A stretch of DNA of 64,000 bases, from contig NW_003314277.1 of NCBI RefSeq assembly GCF_000143415.4, positions 2,012,764 to 2,076,763 of the forward strand, given 5' to 3'. Shown piece by piece: positions 46,093-58,849 of this stretch. Each line of letters begins with the position of its first letter. Position 1 is the stretch's first letter. Both the position numbers and the translations under genes were made by a program. The notes beneath the pieces were generated by a model. The model was not told where the DNA came from and did not search any database. It saw only the letters and a program-made list of their open reading frames with translations. Source of the DNA: Selaginella moellendorffii (Eukaryota > Plantae > Lycopodiophyta).

Positions 46093-48836
46093 CTGGTATG
46101 TCCATAGCCGTGGTTGACCGAGGGAGAGCGAGAGAAGTGAAAAAGAAAAGGGAGAGAGTTGGATTTTCGTGAGAGTTTGGCGATTCGATCGATCGACTCG
46201 TCGCAACTCTCTTGGGAGAATGCTCGTGTTTTCGTTCGTCTTGGTTTTGTTTTTGGCTGCTCATGAGAGAGAGAGAGAGTGGGAGAGAATCTACTGTTCC
46301 TTATATGCGTGTGTGCTTTTGTCTGGAACCACAAACAAAGGTATATTTTACACTCGAATATTCGCCACAACTTAGAAACCATCGAATCTTCTCCCCAACA
46401 TTGAAAAGGAACTTAGAAGCATCAAGAAGGCGGGGTTGACTACATGGATCACCGCATTTGTCAAAGGAATACAAAAAAAACGCCAAAAGATAACTACTAG
46501 TGATGGGTGATGGATCAACGCTTGCATTTGTCAAAGGAACAGAAGAAAGGAAACAAGAAAACTATTGGGCCTCTTTGCAGGCCAGCTCCTCCCAACTCAA
46601 AAGGGCATCTTTTCTCCTCTCCCATGGCCTGCTTTTGTTTGTTTTGTCGCGACTAACTTGCGGCATCTAAAATGTCACTTTCAAAGAGGCTCTGCGCCAA
46701 AAAAGGGGATCTTTGAACCATGTTCACGCTTCTCAGACTCAAGTTTTCTCTGACACTGACGACTCATGTGATCGAGTTTCAATGGTGATTGTCTCCAACA
46801 GCAAGAAAAGTGGAAATTCTTAATATATTCTTCTCTTCACGACACACATCACAGTTTCCTAAGCAGGCCAGAGTCCGTGATCCGGTCGGTATTATAGTTT
46901 TGCTGGTTGGATTGGATCCACAAGAGAGTAAAGACAGAAAGAAATCCCACTGCTTTTGCGCCTATAACTTGAATCGTTCCAAAAGAGCTCTGCAATGTAA
47001 CCCTCGCATTCATCCATTTCATTCCCATCTTGGATGCGTGAAGTTAACGCCACATGAGATGCAACATGGGTGGTGGAATGAACCAAACCTCAAAATGCCA
47101 AGACGAGGTCAACCAACTATAGGTACGTAAAAATCTCAGATATTTTAGTATTACTTGTTGAAAGATCTAAGGCACTGTAGATGCAAATATAAATTAATCT
47201 AATCAAGTACAGATTTTGTACATGTATAAAATCTTTGTGCAATTTTTTGGGTGGATATTTGTAAGAAACGGCACACATGGTGTGTCACATGTATAGTTGC
47301 CATGTTAGTGGTTTGATGGTGTGAAATTGGGATAAAGCTTGCACAGAGAGGACCAAATGTTGGCTTTCTCAACCGGGCCTGCCACAAGTTTTGATGCACT
47401 CCACAACGCATTCTGTCTTCGATCGTGGGCAGTGTGGCCGACAGAGAAATCCCAATCTTCTTCCGACGTGGATTAGGGCGGTGCCACTGGAAAAGCTGGC
47501 GGAGGCGGGGAACAGTTCTTGAGAGCCACTAGCCAGGCCTCCTTTGTTGTTGGGGGGGCCCTGGCATGGGGGCATCTTTGCAAAGTAAAGCATCTTCTTT
47601 ACAAGACAAATCAATTATTATAATAATTATAATAATAGTTGAACAATAATAATAATAGGAACAATGATGATGATGATGCCACAGCACAGTCGGGGAAGAC
47701 AATTGGCTCTTTACAAGCCCACTTTGAAGCATGAAGCAGCATCCAGTTGTTCTGAATATGCTAAAGCTCCGCCCCAAAAACATTTGCACAGGAATTGGGA
47801 ACACCCAGATGGATGCAGTTCTAGTTGCTGGGAAAGAATACAATATAAATGTTGATATAATAATAGATACAAATATAATATGCAGGAAAAAAAAAGAATG
47901 CAGGTCTCACATCAGACAATACTGCACTGGAAAGGGAGAAAAAGCACCAAAGGTATCGCCCCGCCCCGGGGCAAAACTATAGGTGTGTTTGCAGAACACA
48001 CACCTTTGGTAGTGGGGGAGGGCCTTACAATTGGAACTTTAGCATCGTATAAACTGTGGAGAAGCTCCAAATCTGGAATCTGCCGCTGCACTCTTGAGTG
48101 GAGGGTCGGATCTTGAGATTTTTATGCGAGTCAAATTCAGGCGAGTGCGCAAAAACCTGATGAATGCGACGATCCGATTTCCCGGGGACAAAACAGCGAC
48201 ACGTCGAGAGGACATGTTTTCTCAAAAAACCCCAATTTGAATATTTGAATTAAATACAGAAAAGAAAGAGCTCAAAGATCCTGTTTGCCTTTAAGAAAAT
48301 GGGGAGCACAACTTTGGGTTTCGAGGTTTTTTTGAATCCAAGGCATGGATTCTACAACATGTCCCGTTCATGTAGTGGATATTCCGCGGCATCCATCACT
48401 GTGTCGTGACATCCGGTACCCTCGTTTAATAATATTTAATTCATATGGATCCCAGTAAATTCCACAAAATTCTGCGGTTAAATCCCATATTTTTCACTTC
48501 GCGGGTGAAAATTCTAACCACGAAACCGTTGTGGATAAGATGGGGCGTTAGAGATATGACTTCACGTCGCACACCCTCAACGCGAAATGCACAAATTTTT
48601 TAAAAATAACTTGGCGGGCGTTCGTTACTTTAGCTTAGCTTAACCTAACCCCAAATGGGCTTAGATTAACGGCAGAGAAACCTGTATATAAAGAAACCCC
48701 CCCTCCCCTTTTCATCCACAGCATCACCATATTTTTTTCCTCCTCCCATTTCCAGTAGAAGCGCGCTTCTCTGTTCCTTCACACGCTTTGCGGTCGATCG
48801 ATCGACCTCTCTACTCTCTTATCTCATCCTCCAGCG

Positions 48837-49541
48837 ATGGAATTGATTCGCTCGCTCGACTCCTGCGTCGATTCCTCCCGGCGCGCGCCGATCAGCAGCG
48901 CGCGGGATAGGAAATTCCCCCCGCCGATGCCGATGGCTGTCCAGTTCGTCAACACGAAGAGCGATTGCTGCCCGGATGAGATGGTGCGGGGCGTCCGGCT
49001 CCAGGCGGTGCGCAGCAATGGGAGGTTCGTCCTCCAGGAGGTGAAAATTCCCAGCGATCAGATCGTCTTCGTTCACAAATTCCGGGAGCAGGGGCGTCTT
49101 GTGCTCCAGATCGTCCGCCCCAAATCCGAGGAGAAAATCGCGAAAACCGCCGAGCGCAAGGAGGAAATCAGTGTGGTTGCACCGGCGATTTCATGCGCGG
49201 CCTTGCCAATCGTCGAGAAATCTCCTCTTGCTATCGCCCCCGCGGCTCCTCCCGCCATCAAACCAATCGCCCCTCTTTCTCCTCTGGCACCCAAATCGAT
49301 CGCTCCCGCCGCGATTTCTCCAGCGATTCCCAGAGCCATTGTCGATCCAGAGCCAGCGCCAGCAGCTCCACTGGTGGCAGCGCACCAGCCACATTCCAAT
49401 TCCTCGCTGGAATCGTGTGGAGAGGAGGCGAAGAAGAAGAAATTGCCACAGCAAGACGCCCATCTCTTGCAAGAACTGATTGGAGCGTGCGCAAATCGGA
49501 TGGCCAGGATTCACGTTCCGTACGGGATAGCCGTACGATAG
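48837..49541 (+). CDS. FANTASTIC FOUR (FAF)-domain protein
   Basis: RKFPPPMP..RSNGRFVLQEV..REQGRLVLQ; TATATAAA at ~48685. Confidence 0.75.
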   Translation: MELIRSLDSCVDSSRRAPISSARDRKFPPPMPMAVQFVNTKSDCCPDEMVRGVRLQAVRSNGRFVLQEVKIPSDQIVFVHKFREQGRLVLQIVRPKSEEKIAKTAERKEEISVVAPAISCAALPIVEKSPLAIAPAAPPAIKPIAPLSPLAPKSIAPAAISPAIPRAIVDPEPAPAAPLVAAHQPHSNSSLESCGEEAKKKKLPQQDAHLLQELIGACANRMARIHVPYGIAVR

Positions 49542-49686
49542 AGCTCCTAGTAACTAAGTTTTTGTTCTTAGGCAATCTTGACCCTAGATTTTAATCAATC
49601 CAACGGCTTTTCTTGGCAGTACTTATCCACCGTAGATCTCAGCGGATCCGACGGCTCTGGTTGGGTTCTTGTTCTTGTGGAAGGGA

Positions 49687-51360
49687 ATGCCCGGCAGCGC
49701 AGCCCCACTCATCCAATCGTGTATCGATCGCGGGGAGCTGGATCGCGCCGCAAGGATCTATTGCGAGGAGTCGCGATCGCCGGCGGAGTGCGAGCCGTAC
49801 TGCGGGAACTTGATTCTCGCGGCATTCGCCCGGCTAGGGCATTCGCGCGACGCCAAGGCACTGTTTGATCGCATGGGCGACAGGGACATTGTGTCCTGGA
49901 CCACAATGTTGCGCGCCTACGCCACCGCCGGCGATCTAGAGGAATCGCGAGCCATCTTCGCCGCGATGCCGTGCTGGGACGTGATCGCCATGAATTCGCT
50001 GCTGGATGCGTATGCCCGGGTGGGGCACCTCGATTCCCTGCTCGAGCTCTTCGATTCCATGCCGGAGTGGAGCCGATCGTCGCTGACGAGCGCCATCGCC
50101 GCCCACGGCCGGCGCGGGAATGTGAAAGAGTGCCTTAGCCTTTTCCGCGACATGGAAGAGCACGACCTCGTCGCCGCCAACGCCGTCTTGACGGCCTTCT
50201 CGCGTAACGGGGATTTTGATTCCGCCAAGGCACTGTTTGATTCCCTGCCGTGCGCGAGCATCGTGACATGGAACGCCATGCTGTGTGCCCACGTCACTGC
50301 CGGCCACTTGGAGGCCGCCACGTGTATGTTCGAGTCCATGCCTGCGAGGGACCCCGTGACGTGGACAGCCCTAATCTCGGCATTTGCCGCGGCCGGGGAT
50401 TTGGGCGCGGCGAAAGCCCTGTTCGATTCCATGCCCCAACGCGACCTCGCGGCGTGCAATCTGATCATCGCGGCGCTCGCGCAGCGCGGATTTATCGACG
50501 CCGCGCGACGAATCTTCGATTCCATGCCGGAATGGGACGTGGTTTCGTGCACGGCAATGCTCGCGGCATTCGCGCGCAACGGGCTGCTGGAAGACGCGAG
50601 GCACGTCTTCGGTTCCATCCCTGCCGCCAACGTCGTGACTTGGACCGCCATGCTGGCGGCGTATGGACGGAACGGCCACCTGGATACCGCCCAGTGCCTG
50701 TTCCGTGGCATGCCCGTCGCGAGCACTGTGACGTGGAACGCCATGCTGGCGACATTCGCGCACGCGGGGCAGCTGAACCAGTTTGCCACGATAGCGCCAA
50801 TGCCTGATGTGGACGTGGTGACGTGGAACACCGTCCTCGCTCACACGGGCGACCTCCAAGACGCTGGGCGGATATTCGCCACAATGCCCGAGAGAGATTC
50901 CAGCTCGTGGAACGCAGTGCCTGTTATGTATGCTCAAAGAGGGCATATCGAAAAGACGCTGGAGCTTTACTGGGCGATGCTACTCCATGGCTTCCAGCCG
51001 ACCGGAGCTTCCTTCCTGTGTGTTCTTCTCGGTTGTAGCCATGCCGGCGACGTTGATCGAGGCTTGAGCTACTTTCGATCGATGAGACTGGATCACGGCT
51101 TTGATGTTCGCAAGGAACACTTTAGCTGCATGGTTGATCTTCTGTCTAGAGCTGGACACTTTGTCGAAGCCAAAGAACTCGTCCAGACCATGCCTTTTGT
51201 TCCAAAGATCCAGGATTTCACCTGTTTGATCCGAGGTCCCAGCAGTGGCAGCACTGTCCACGAGAGCGAAATGATCGAGCTGGACGAGAGCAATGGCGCA
51301 GCTTATGTTCTAACTCGCGAGATCCTACAAAGTACGCGAAGAAACTTATTGGAGCTGTGA
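49687..51360 (+). CDS. PLS-class PPR protein rich in short (31-aa) repeats, with degenerate E domain
   Basis: Repeated AKALFDSMP..D.V.W motifs and HFSCMVDLLSRAG. Confidence 0.9.
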   Translation: MPGSAAPLIQSCIDRGELDRAARIYCEESRSPAECEPYCGNLILAAFARLGHSRDAKALFDRMGDRDIVSWTTMLRAYATAGDLEESRAIFAAMPCWDVIAMNSLLDAYARVGHLDSLLELFDSMPEWSRSSLTSAIAAHGRRGNVKECLSLFRDMEEHDLVAANAVLTAFSRNGDFDSAKALFDSLPCASIVTWNAMLCAHVTAGHLEAATCMFESMPARDPVTWTALISAFAAAGDLGAAKALFDSMPQRDLAACNLIIAALAQRGFIDAARRIFDSMPEWDVVSCTAMLAAFARNGLLEDARHVFGSIPAANVVTWTAMLAAYGRNGHLDTAQCLFRGMPVASTVTWNAMLATFAHAGQLNQFATIAPMPDVDVVTWNTVLAHTGDLQDAGRIFATMPERDSSSWNAVPVMYAQRGHIEKTLELYWAMLLHGFQPTGASFLCVLLGCSHAGDVDRGLSYFRSMRLDHGFDVRKEHFSCMVDLLSRAGHFVEAKELVQTMPFVPKIQDFTCLIRGPSSGSTVHESEMIELDESNGAAYVLTREILQSTRRNLLEL

Positions 51361-51464
51361 TCAAAGACAAGAAAAGTATGTCCAGCATTATTCGACGTAA
51401 GAGAAGAAAAGAAAAGAGAAAGCAAGTTCGATCGAGAGAACTAGCTTCATACCTCCGATGCCTC

Positions 51465-51952
51465 TCATCGGTTTTGCTTCTCCCACCAATCGAGGAACTT
51501 CTTCTTTGGCTCCGTTCGCTTGAATTTGTAAAGACCCAGCGCGAAGTTTGCTAGCTCGCCTCCCAGCGCCATGCCGACGAATCCCCCTCCAAGAATCGCC
51601 ATTGCAGTGACTGCGGAGAAAAAGATAGAACACCAATGAATCAATTTTTCCATCGAAGGATAACTTTACTTCGTGGTTGCTTGCCGAGCGCGTGAGACAT
51701 GAATCCAGTTCCAACAGCGCCTCCGGCAGTGCCGGCGTAGCAGAATAGCTTCGCGTCATTCATCTTTCGGAGCTGCGGAGGATCGATCGGGGTAGAATCG
51801 GTGGCATTTCGATCGAAAAATCTTACCTGAGGCCCGTAGACTGGATCCGAGGCGATGAACGTATCCACATCCTTCTTGGTGTATGGCGGCAGCGATTTCG
51901 CCCTGAGCAGCACTTCCTTGAGATCGCGGAAGGGATCCTTGAGCACATCCAT
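51465..51952 (-). CDS. SDH6: Plant succinate dehydrogenase subunit 6, three exons
   Basis: LPPY...DVDTFIASDPVYGP and GGGFVG...GGELAN..L.LYK...KFLDWWEK. Confidence 0.8.
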
Positions 51953-52114
51953 CCTCCCTCCAAGAACCCTAATGTCGCTTTCTTTTTACTTCTAGGGCAA
52001 AGTTTAGGGCAAATTTGGGCCCCGTGGGCGCAAAATCTAGCATTTCTTATACGGTAGCCATGGCTTAGGTTGGGAGCTCCGCGAAGCGATCGATCGATCG
52101 AGGTGCGAGACAGG

Positions 52115-53081
52115 ATGTTCTCGCTCTTGTATGGATTGTGGAAGTATCTCTTCAGCAAGGCGGAGTTCCACGTTTTGATCCTCGGCATTGACAAGGCGGG
52201 GAAGACTGTAAGCTCTCCTAGAACCCTGATTCTTTCACTTGTCGTGCTCGCGATCTCGAATCTGAGCTGAATTCTTTGCTTCTTTCGCGATCTAGACATT
52301 GCTGGAGAAGCTTAAGACTATCTACTCGGATTTCGAGGGCCTCCCGCCGGATCGAATCGTCCCTACTGTCGGCCTCAATATCGGCCGTGTGGAAGCTTAC
52401 AAGTCGAAGCTTATTTTTTGGGATCTAGGAGGACAGGTCGGTGTCGCGAAGAACTTTGGTTTTCGCATTGTTTATCTGCTTGGATGTGATTTTTCGTGTG
52501 AAATGCAGCTAGGCTTGCGCACGATCTGGGAGAAATATTTCGAAGAAGCTCATGCGATTGTTTTCGTCGTGGATGCTGCAAACCATGCTCGATTTGACGA
52601 CGCAAAGTCTGCTCTTGGTACGTTATATATAAGCTTTCTTCGTTCCCTTTCCATTCTTTCTTTCTTAGAAGGATTTTTCTTTCGTTATGTTGTAGAGAAA
52701 GCTCTGAGGCACAAGGATTTGCAAGACGCACCATTGCTCATTTTTGCCAACAAACAGGCAAGTGCCTACATACTTTTGTTCGATTTTCTTCTAAGTTCTT
52801 CCTGCTGTCCAGGACGTACAAGGAGCTGTAACAGCGGAAGAACTCACCACATTCTTGGACTTGAAAGAAATCGACGAGAGACCTTCGTTTGTGAAAGAAA
52901 TCTCTGCTTATGATGGGTACACCTTTGATCTCTTTGCATGATTTGTTTTCTTTTATCACGTCGAAAGCTCTGTCTCAGGACTGGCATCAGAGACGGGGTA
53001 ATGTGGCTTGTTGAAGAGATGAAGCGAAGCAAGCGTTCAGAGATGCTTAGGCAGCACTCAGATATTAATGTGGTTGTGTAA
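52115..53081 (+). CDS. ARFRP1: ADP-ribosylation factor-related protein 1 (ARL3/ARLB1), multi-exon
   Basis: MFSLLYGLWKY..VLILGIDKAGKT, IVPTVGLNIG, WDLGGQ, ANKQD and SAYDG. Confidence 0.92.
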
Positions 53082-53229
53082 AAAAAATTCTTATCTGAAA
53101 ATAAGTTATTGGTATCAGGATTGTGAGTTAGTCTGAGGCAAGTTTGGGTGCAATATGGGATAATGGATATATTTAGAATATGTTTAAATATTTTGGCACT
53201 ATTTTAATGATTTGTGAGTGTATAGAAGT

Positions 53230-53941
53230 GTTGGTCTCGGCCATTACAACTTATGCGAAGCAATTACATCAAGGTTGGCTTAGAGCTACTGAGGCAATAA
53301 GCAAAGCTCAAGATAAGTATCAACATGATAAAGATCAGTATCGTCAGGATGTATCCTATCAAGTAGGAGATCAGGTGTGGCTATCTTCCCAGACCTTGAA
53401 TATTAAGGGATCTTTGTTTCAGAAGCTGTTACCAAAATATGTTAGACCCTAGGTTTTGAAACAAATTAGTGATATATCCTATCAGTTGGATTTTCCTGCA
53501 GAAATATCCAATGTTCATAATGTATTTCATACCAAATTATTGGCTCCTTACACTATAAATGTTGCATGTCCAAGGGAAATTCGTCCACCACCAAAAGTTG
53601 CAGATGGTGAACCTGAGTATGAAGCTGAAATTATCTTGGATTCTTGGTTCTGGAGACGGGATCGTATGAAGGAATATTGCGTTAAATGGAAAGGTTACCC
53701 AACTTATGAATCAACTTGGGAGCCTTTTAGGAATCTTATATATGCTTGTAAGTCTGTCATAGAGTATGAAAATTATAATAAAGACTAGCTTTTGTAAATC
53801 TTGTAATAAATCTTGCAAATCAATAAAGTAATATCTTTCTATAAATCAAAGTTTCACTTCTCTCGTTCGTTAATACTTAAGTCAGTTTTGGTAGACTGAC
53901 TTTGGCACTTCGATGCACAGATTCAATCCATAGGAGGGTTG
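53230..53941 (+). mobile_element. Ty3/gypsy chromovirus fragment: integrase C-terminus (GPY/F) and chromodomain
   Basis: YQVGDQVWL..KLLPKYVRP*..YQLDFP..VHNVFH..L; [26 protein letters not shown]. Confidence 0.9.
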
Positions 53942-56170
53942 TGTAGTGCACCTTATCTCTCTTCCATTAAGCCAACTGGAAAAGGGGCAATTGCTTGATA
54001 AAAGAGCCCTTAATGGTTATTTTATCCTCATTTATCCCCCAAGGTTCCAAGGATCCACGGTGACAGTATATCCCCATGATCACATGCGCTACATTCACCC
54101 CCCCCCCCCCCCCTTTATAGATGTCAATGTCTTTATTGACTATTAATTACAACCCTTATTGAGCCAAGAGGAACCAGCACCTCCATTTTCGCACTAAATC
54201 TACCAATCTGTAAGTGACTAATTTTTCCATTCTACTTTAGTCACTTAACTGCACCTCCGACCACTTTGAGGAGTCTCATTCACAAACTTCATAAGTCCCA
54301 TTCAGAACTTGGGGCTTGCTAGCCCCGCGAATGGCATCCACGCCACTCAGCCTTTGCACTTAGTCCAAGTGCTCCACGTGTCCGATCCCATGATCGACAC
54401 CCCAAGGTACCACTGACGTATCGGCCCGTTACGCTAAGGCCATGCCCATTTACCTTGGTCACACTGGTGGTCCAACACCACCTGCATTCCAATCCCGTCT
54501 CTCAAAGACTGGGTCATCCGTCCATGAGTGATCATCCCAGATCCACTCCTTAACATCCTTAGGATGCCTACAGACATGGGGAATAACCTTCCCCAATATC
54601 TCCGTTCCGGTCCTCATCAAGTCCCTTTTTGTCCTTGGCTGTGTTCGCCAACACCACCACCGGATCAAGGCCCACCGGCTCGACCACTAAGTCCCACTAT
54701 CCTCTAGGACTTCCTCATTGTGTGACTGTGTTCTTGGTCACCACACCAGAGGGCTACTCCTCTTCCTTTCCACAGTCTGGGACTTTGGGACACCATTTCG
54801 GAACACCGTGGCCCTACGCAGGCCTCATGGGTACTCTCCCCGCCTTCCGCCTTTGGGTGCTCTAGCCATGGGCTTAGAGCGAGGTTCTGTTGAGCCACGC
54901 CTGGTATCCAAGTAGGTAGTGCCACCACCCACACTTGGACTGGGAGCATTGACCATTCGATCTTCCGGGGGAGCTAGAGCCGGCTCTTGAACACTTCACC
55001 AAGCTACCCCGCTTGTCGGTCCGTATTCACTCTAGTCTTGGACTTCCTAGTGTTCAGCTCATCACCCAACACTGGGTATGGCCTTCCTGGGCCCAACTGG
55101 CCTTTCTTGGGCCAAACTGGCCTTTCCTGGCCAAATTGGCTCCACTGGGCTCCAACCCTTACACTCTCCCTACTATACTTTTGGAACCCCTCGCAGGCCC
55201 CCCCCCCGGGGGGACGATCGCTTTGGGCTTTCACCCAACTGCCTGTATTAGTATTTGGACTTGGACTCGGACTCGGTCTCGGTCCCGGTTTTGGACTCAG
55301 ACTCGTTCTCGGCCTCAGTCTCGGGTCCATCTCAGACTCCATCTCGGATCCATCTCGGACTCCATCTCGGACTCCATCTCGGGTCCATCTCGGACTCCAT
55401 CTCGGACTCCATCTCGGGTCCATCTCAGACTCCATCTTGGACTCCATCTCAGGTCCATCTCGGACTCCATCTCGGGTCCATCTCGGACTCCATCTCGGAC
55501 TCCATCTCAGGTCCATCTCGGACTCCATCTCAGACTCCATCTCGGGTCCATCTCGGACTCCATCTCGGGTCCATCTCGGACTCCATCTTGGGGTCCTTCT
55601 CGGACACTTCCACATGTCATGTGTTGGTCCTTTTGGGTCCCTTTTTGGAGCCTCGCTTAAGGCTCGCTTCGTGCTCATTCTTCGAGCACTTCGTTGGGAG
55701 TTCCACTCCCACTCTCGACCTTTTCAAGTCGAAGCTTTTAGTCCAAACGTGTTACGCTCGTTTAGCTTTCGCTTTGGCCACTACCACGTGGCACCCTTTT
55801 GGCTCCACTTTGGGGCCTAGGGATTTTGTGTCTCACACAATCCTTCCATTGTGTAAATCAGCTATTCCATGTGAGGCATAGTCATCCACCCGTACCACAG
55901 TCCCACGGTGGATACCTTCGTACGTAGATACTCCACATAAAAGGAAGGACGTATGTATGAATGCTCAATACATACGATTTCAAATTTAGGGGTAGGAATA
56001 GACCTTGCTCAAGGGTATATTATATTTTTAAGTAGCCACTAATCAATGGGAATCAAACTTGTGCCATTTGCTCTGATACCACATGTAGCACATTTTATCT
56101 TTCTCCCCTTAAGCCAACTGAAAAAGGGGCAATTGCTTGATGAAAGAGTCCCATGATCACATGCGCTACA
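53942..56170 (-). mobile_element. Non-autonomous short-LTR retroelement (TRIM/LARD-like), 2.2 kb
   Basis: LTRs 53942-54093 and 56084-56170 (TGTAG..CTACA). Met-type PBS TGGTATCAGAGC on the minus strand at ~56070-56081; poly-G PPT at ~54097-54116. 5-bp TSD GGTTG/GATTG with one mismatch. Confidence 0.88.
55255..55600. repeat. Minisatellite of 11/12-bp units (GGACTCCATCTC / GGGTCCATCTC)
   Basis: More than 20 tandem units, preceded by 6-bp GGACTC/GGTCTC units. Confidence 0.95.
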
Positions 56171-57269
56171 GATTGGTTCCAAACTATGGTTAGAACGCAT
56201 GTCCGACCACCTGAGACATTAGTTTAGCTCTCGCTGGACTGTGTCGCTCTTTTTTCTATTGTTCGGCTTGGGTCTAAGCCCAAGCTCCACACTGCTCTAG
56301 TCAATGGAGTACCCTCTTCTTCACATTAGGCCACCGGTATACTATAATCATGCTAAACACTATCTGCCACCTTTTTGCATGCAAGTGCTGGATATGGGGA
56401 GTTATTGCTTATGGAATTATATTAGACCCTCATTTCGTAGTGCAATAGGCTTAGAGTTTGGCTCCAAATTCAAGTGTGCTACAGGGAGGGTAAGGAGATG
56501 GAGTTTTAGAGATGCACCTAGAGCATGAGTAGAGTGTTAACCGTTGAGGCATAGTTGGGGATCCCTCACTCCCCAACACATGAAGTCCTGAAACTAATTT
56601 ACTTATATCGACCAAAACCAAAGATGAATATAATGGATAATATCAAAGTCATAAAAAAAATTCTTAAAGACAACAAATTATCAATAAAGAAATCTTATAT
56701 TAAAACACAAAAGTATTCTAAATATGTTAACATCTAATAAAGTAGGATAGGATAGGAACCACTAATATTATAAAAATATAAAGATATAGGATTAACCATC
56801 CAATAACATTTAATAGCTTGTATACCATTATAAAAAATGATAAAGATAAACTATCAAATGATATAAATAGCATGCTAAACAACTTACAAAAGATAACTCC
56901 AAAAATATAATTATTAGCTAAATAAAAAAAATGCTTTTGAATGTATCACCTAAAAAAAAAACATCCTAGTTTATAAAAACCAACTGTAGTTATAACCAAC
57001 ATACTAAAATGAATGTCATAATAGTTAACAAATACTTATTGTATGCTAATCTTTGCACTAGCTAATTGGAATAGACGTGAATACAATAATACTAAGAAAC
57101 CAAAATTGCTCAACCAAATGTTAGCAATATCTTATCAATATCTCAACCCAAAGACCAATCCAAAGCAAATTACAAAGAAAATATGGTAAGGTAATAAGCC
57201 AAAGTTATCAAATAAGATAACAAATCATTACCAAAGATTATCAATCACCCCATCAAGAGAAATGTATAA

Positions 57270-57920
57270 TTGTCTCATGTGATTTGGAATGAAATTTGGA
57301 TATATTATCATTGTGAATTTTTGGAATCTTAGAGGATATATGGGGTTAAAATAGCCATTAAAGGCTTTCTCATCAAGCAATTGCCCCTTTTTTAGTTCAT
57401 TTAAAAAGAAAAAATAAAGTGCATTACATGTGGTATTAAAGCAAATGGCACAAGTTATATTTTCATTGATTAGTGGCTATATACAATATAAAATACCATT
57501 GGGTGAGATATATTCTTACCTTTAAAATTAAAGTCATATATATTGGGCTATGTCTTTCATTTTATAAGGCATCTATGGATGAAAGGATTCACCATAAGAT
57601 TGCAATACAGGTGAATGATTAATTGTCTCATATGGAATAACTAATTTATATAATGAAAAGATTAATAAATTTAGTGTAGAAATGAAGATGCTAATTCCCC
57701 TTGGCTCAATAAAGGTTATTTGTCAATAGGCAATAAAAACATTGATATCTCTAAAAGGGGGAGCGAGTGTGATTATAGAATGATATTTAAACATATTATC
57801 ACCGTGGATCTTTTGAATACTAAGGGATATATAAGGATAAAATAGCTAGTAAGAGTTTTTTTTATCAAGTAATTGCCCTCTTTTCAATTGGTTTAAAAAC
57901 AGAGAGATAGAGTGCACTAT
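57270..57920 (+). mobile_element. Degenerate ~650-bp TRIM of the same family, in opposite orientation
   Basis: LTR-like copies end at ~57428 and ~57920. Decayed PBS TGTGGTATTAAAGC at ~57429; PPT AAAAGGGGGAG at ~57753. The internal part matches the reverse complement of 55840-56080 and 54100-54205. Confidence 0.8.
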
Positions 57921-58849
57921 AATAATTATTGTTCATGAATAGTTTATTATCTTGAAGAATGGCAAATCATTTATTACAAATAATAATCAAGAAAAAACCT
58001 TTAACAAAGATAATTAACTATTATAAATGATGATCAATCATCACTAATAATTTCTAGAACTCAAACAAATCTATAGCTAAGTTTTGCATAACAATAATCA
58101 CAAATTTCATAGTAATTAGCTTCAATGCCAAAGAAGAATTCATGGCACAACCCAAAAAAAAATTTGACACATCCATAAGGAAAATTTCATAATGTAAAAG
58201 CTAATGAAAAACATATTTGCATCAATTCAAAAACCAAAAACAATGAAAATATACTCAATAAGTGATTATTAAATTAATTCTTTATGAATCTATCTATCTA
58301 TATCAAGACTCATATCATAGCAAGTATAATAAAAATCATCAATAATCAATTTAATTTCAACTCAAATCTAACAAAGAACTAACAATTCTAATATTGACCA
58401 TTAATTATTCCTTTTACAAAGCTAGTATTATTCATAATTACATCACTTTTTAAAAAAAAGCCAAAGCTCAACCTCTACTAAGTAGTTTTATTTACAACAA
58501 GATTAACTCAATTTGCTACTCAGCTCATTTAAATTGGATAGCTACATTTCGTTGGTTGTGCAATGAGTAGCTAAACCCAAGTAAATTCAAATAAGAGCTA
58601 ATACAATATACATAAACCTTGGCAAGGGAACTTAACTAAAGCCAAGGCAAATGGGGTCGAATAAATTAAGTAAGCTGATAAAATGGAAAATGAAAATTTT
58701 TAGATTACATTGGTAAGAGAAGTTAACTAAGACTAAGGGTTAAGATGGTTGAATGAATGAAATAAGCTGATAAATTAAAAAAGAAAAATTTATAACTTAT
58801 AATTTGGTATATAAATTTTTTTCTCAGTTTTAACAAAGGATAGAGGCAG

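Noticed and set aside
46400-48600. Short ORFs and a possible miRNA locus in the long intergenic region upstream of the FAF gene
   Set aside because: No recognisable domains, conserved miRNA sequence or long hairpin; only simple ATA/ATG repeats.
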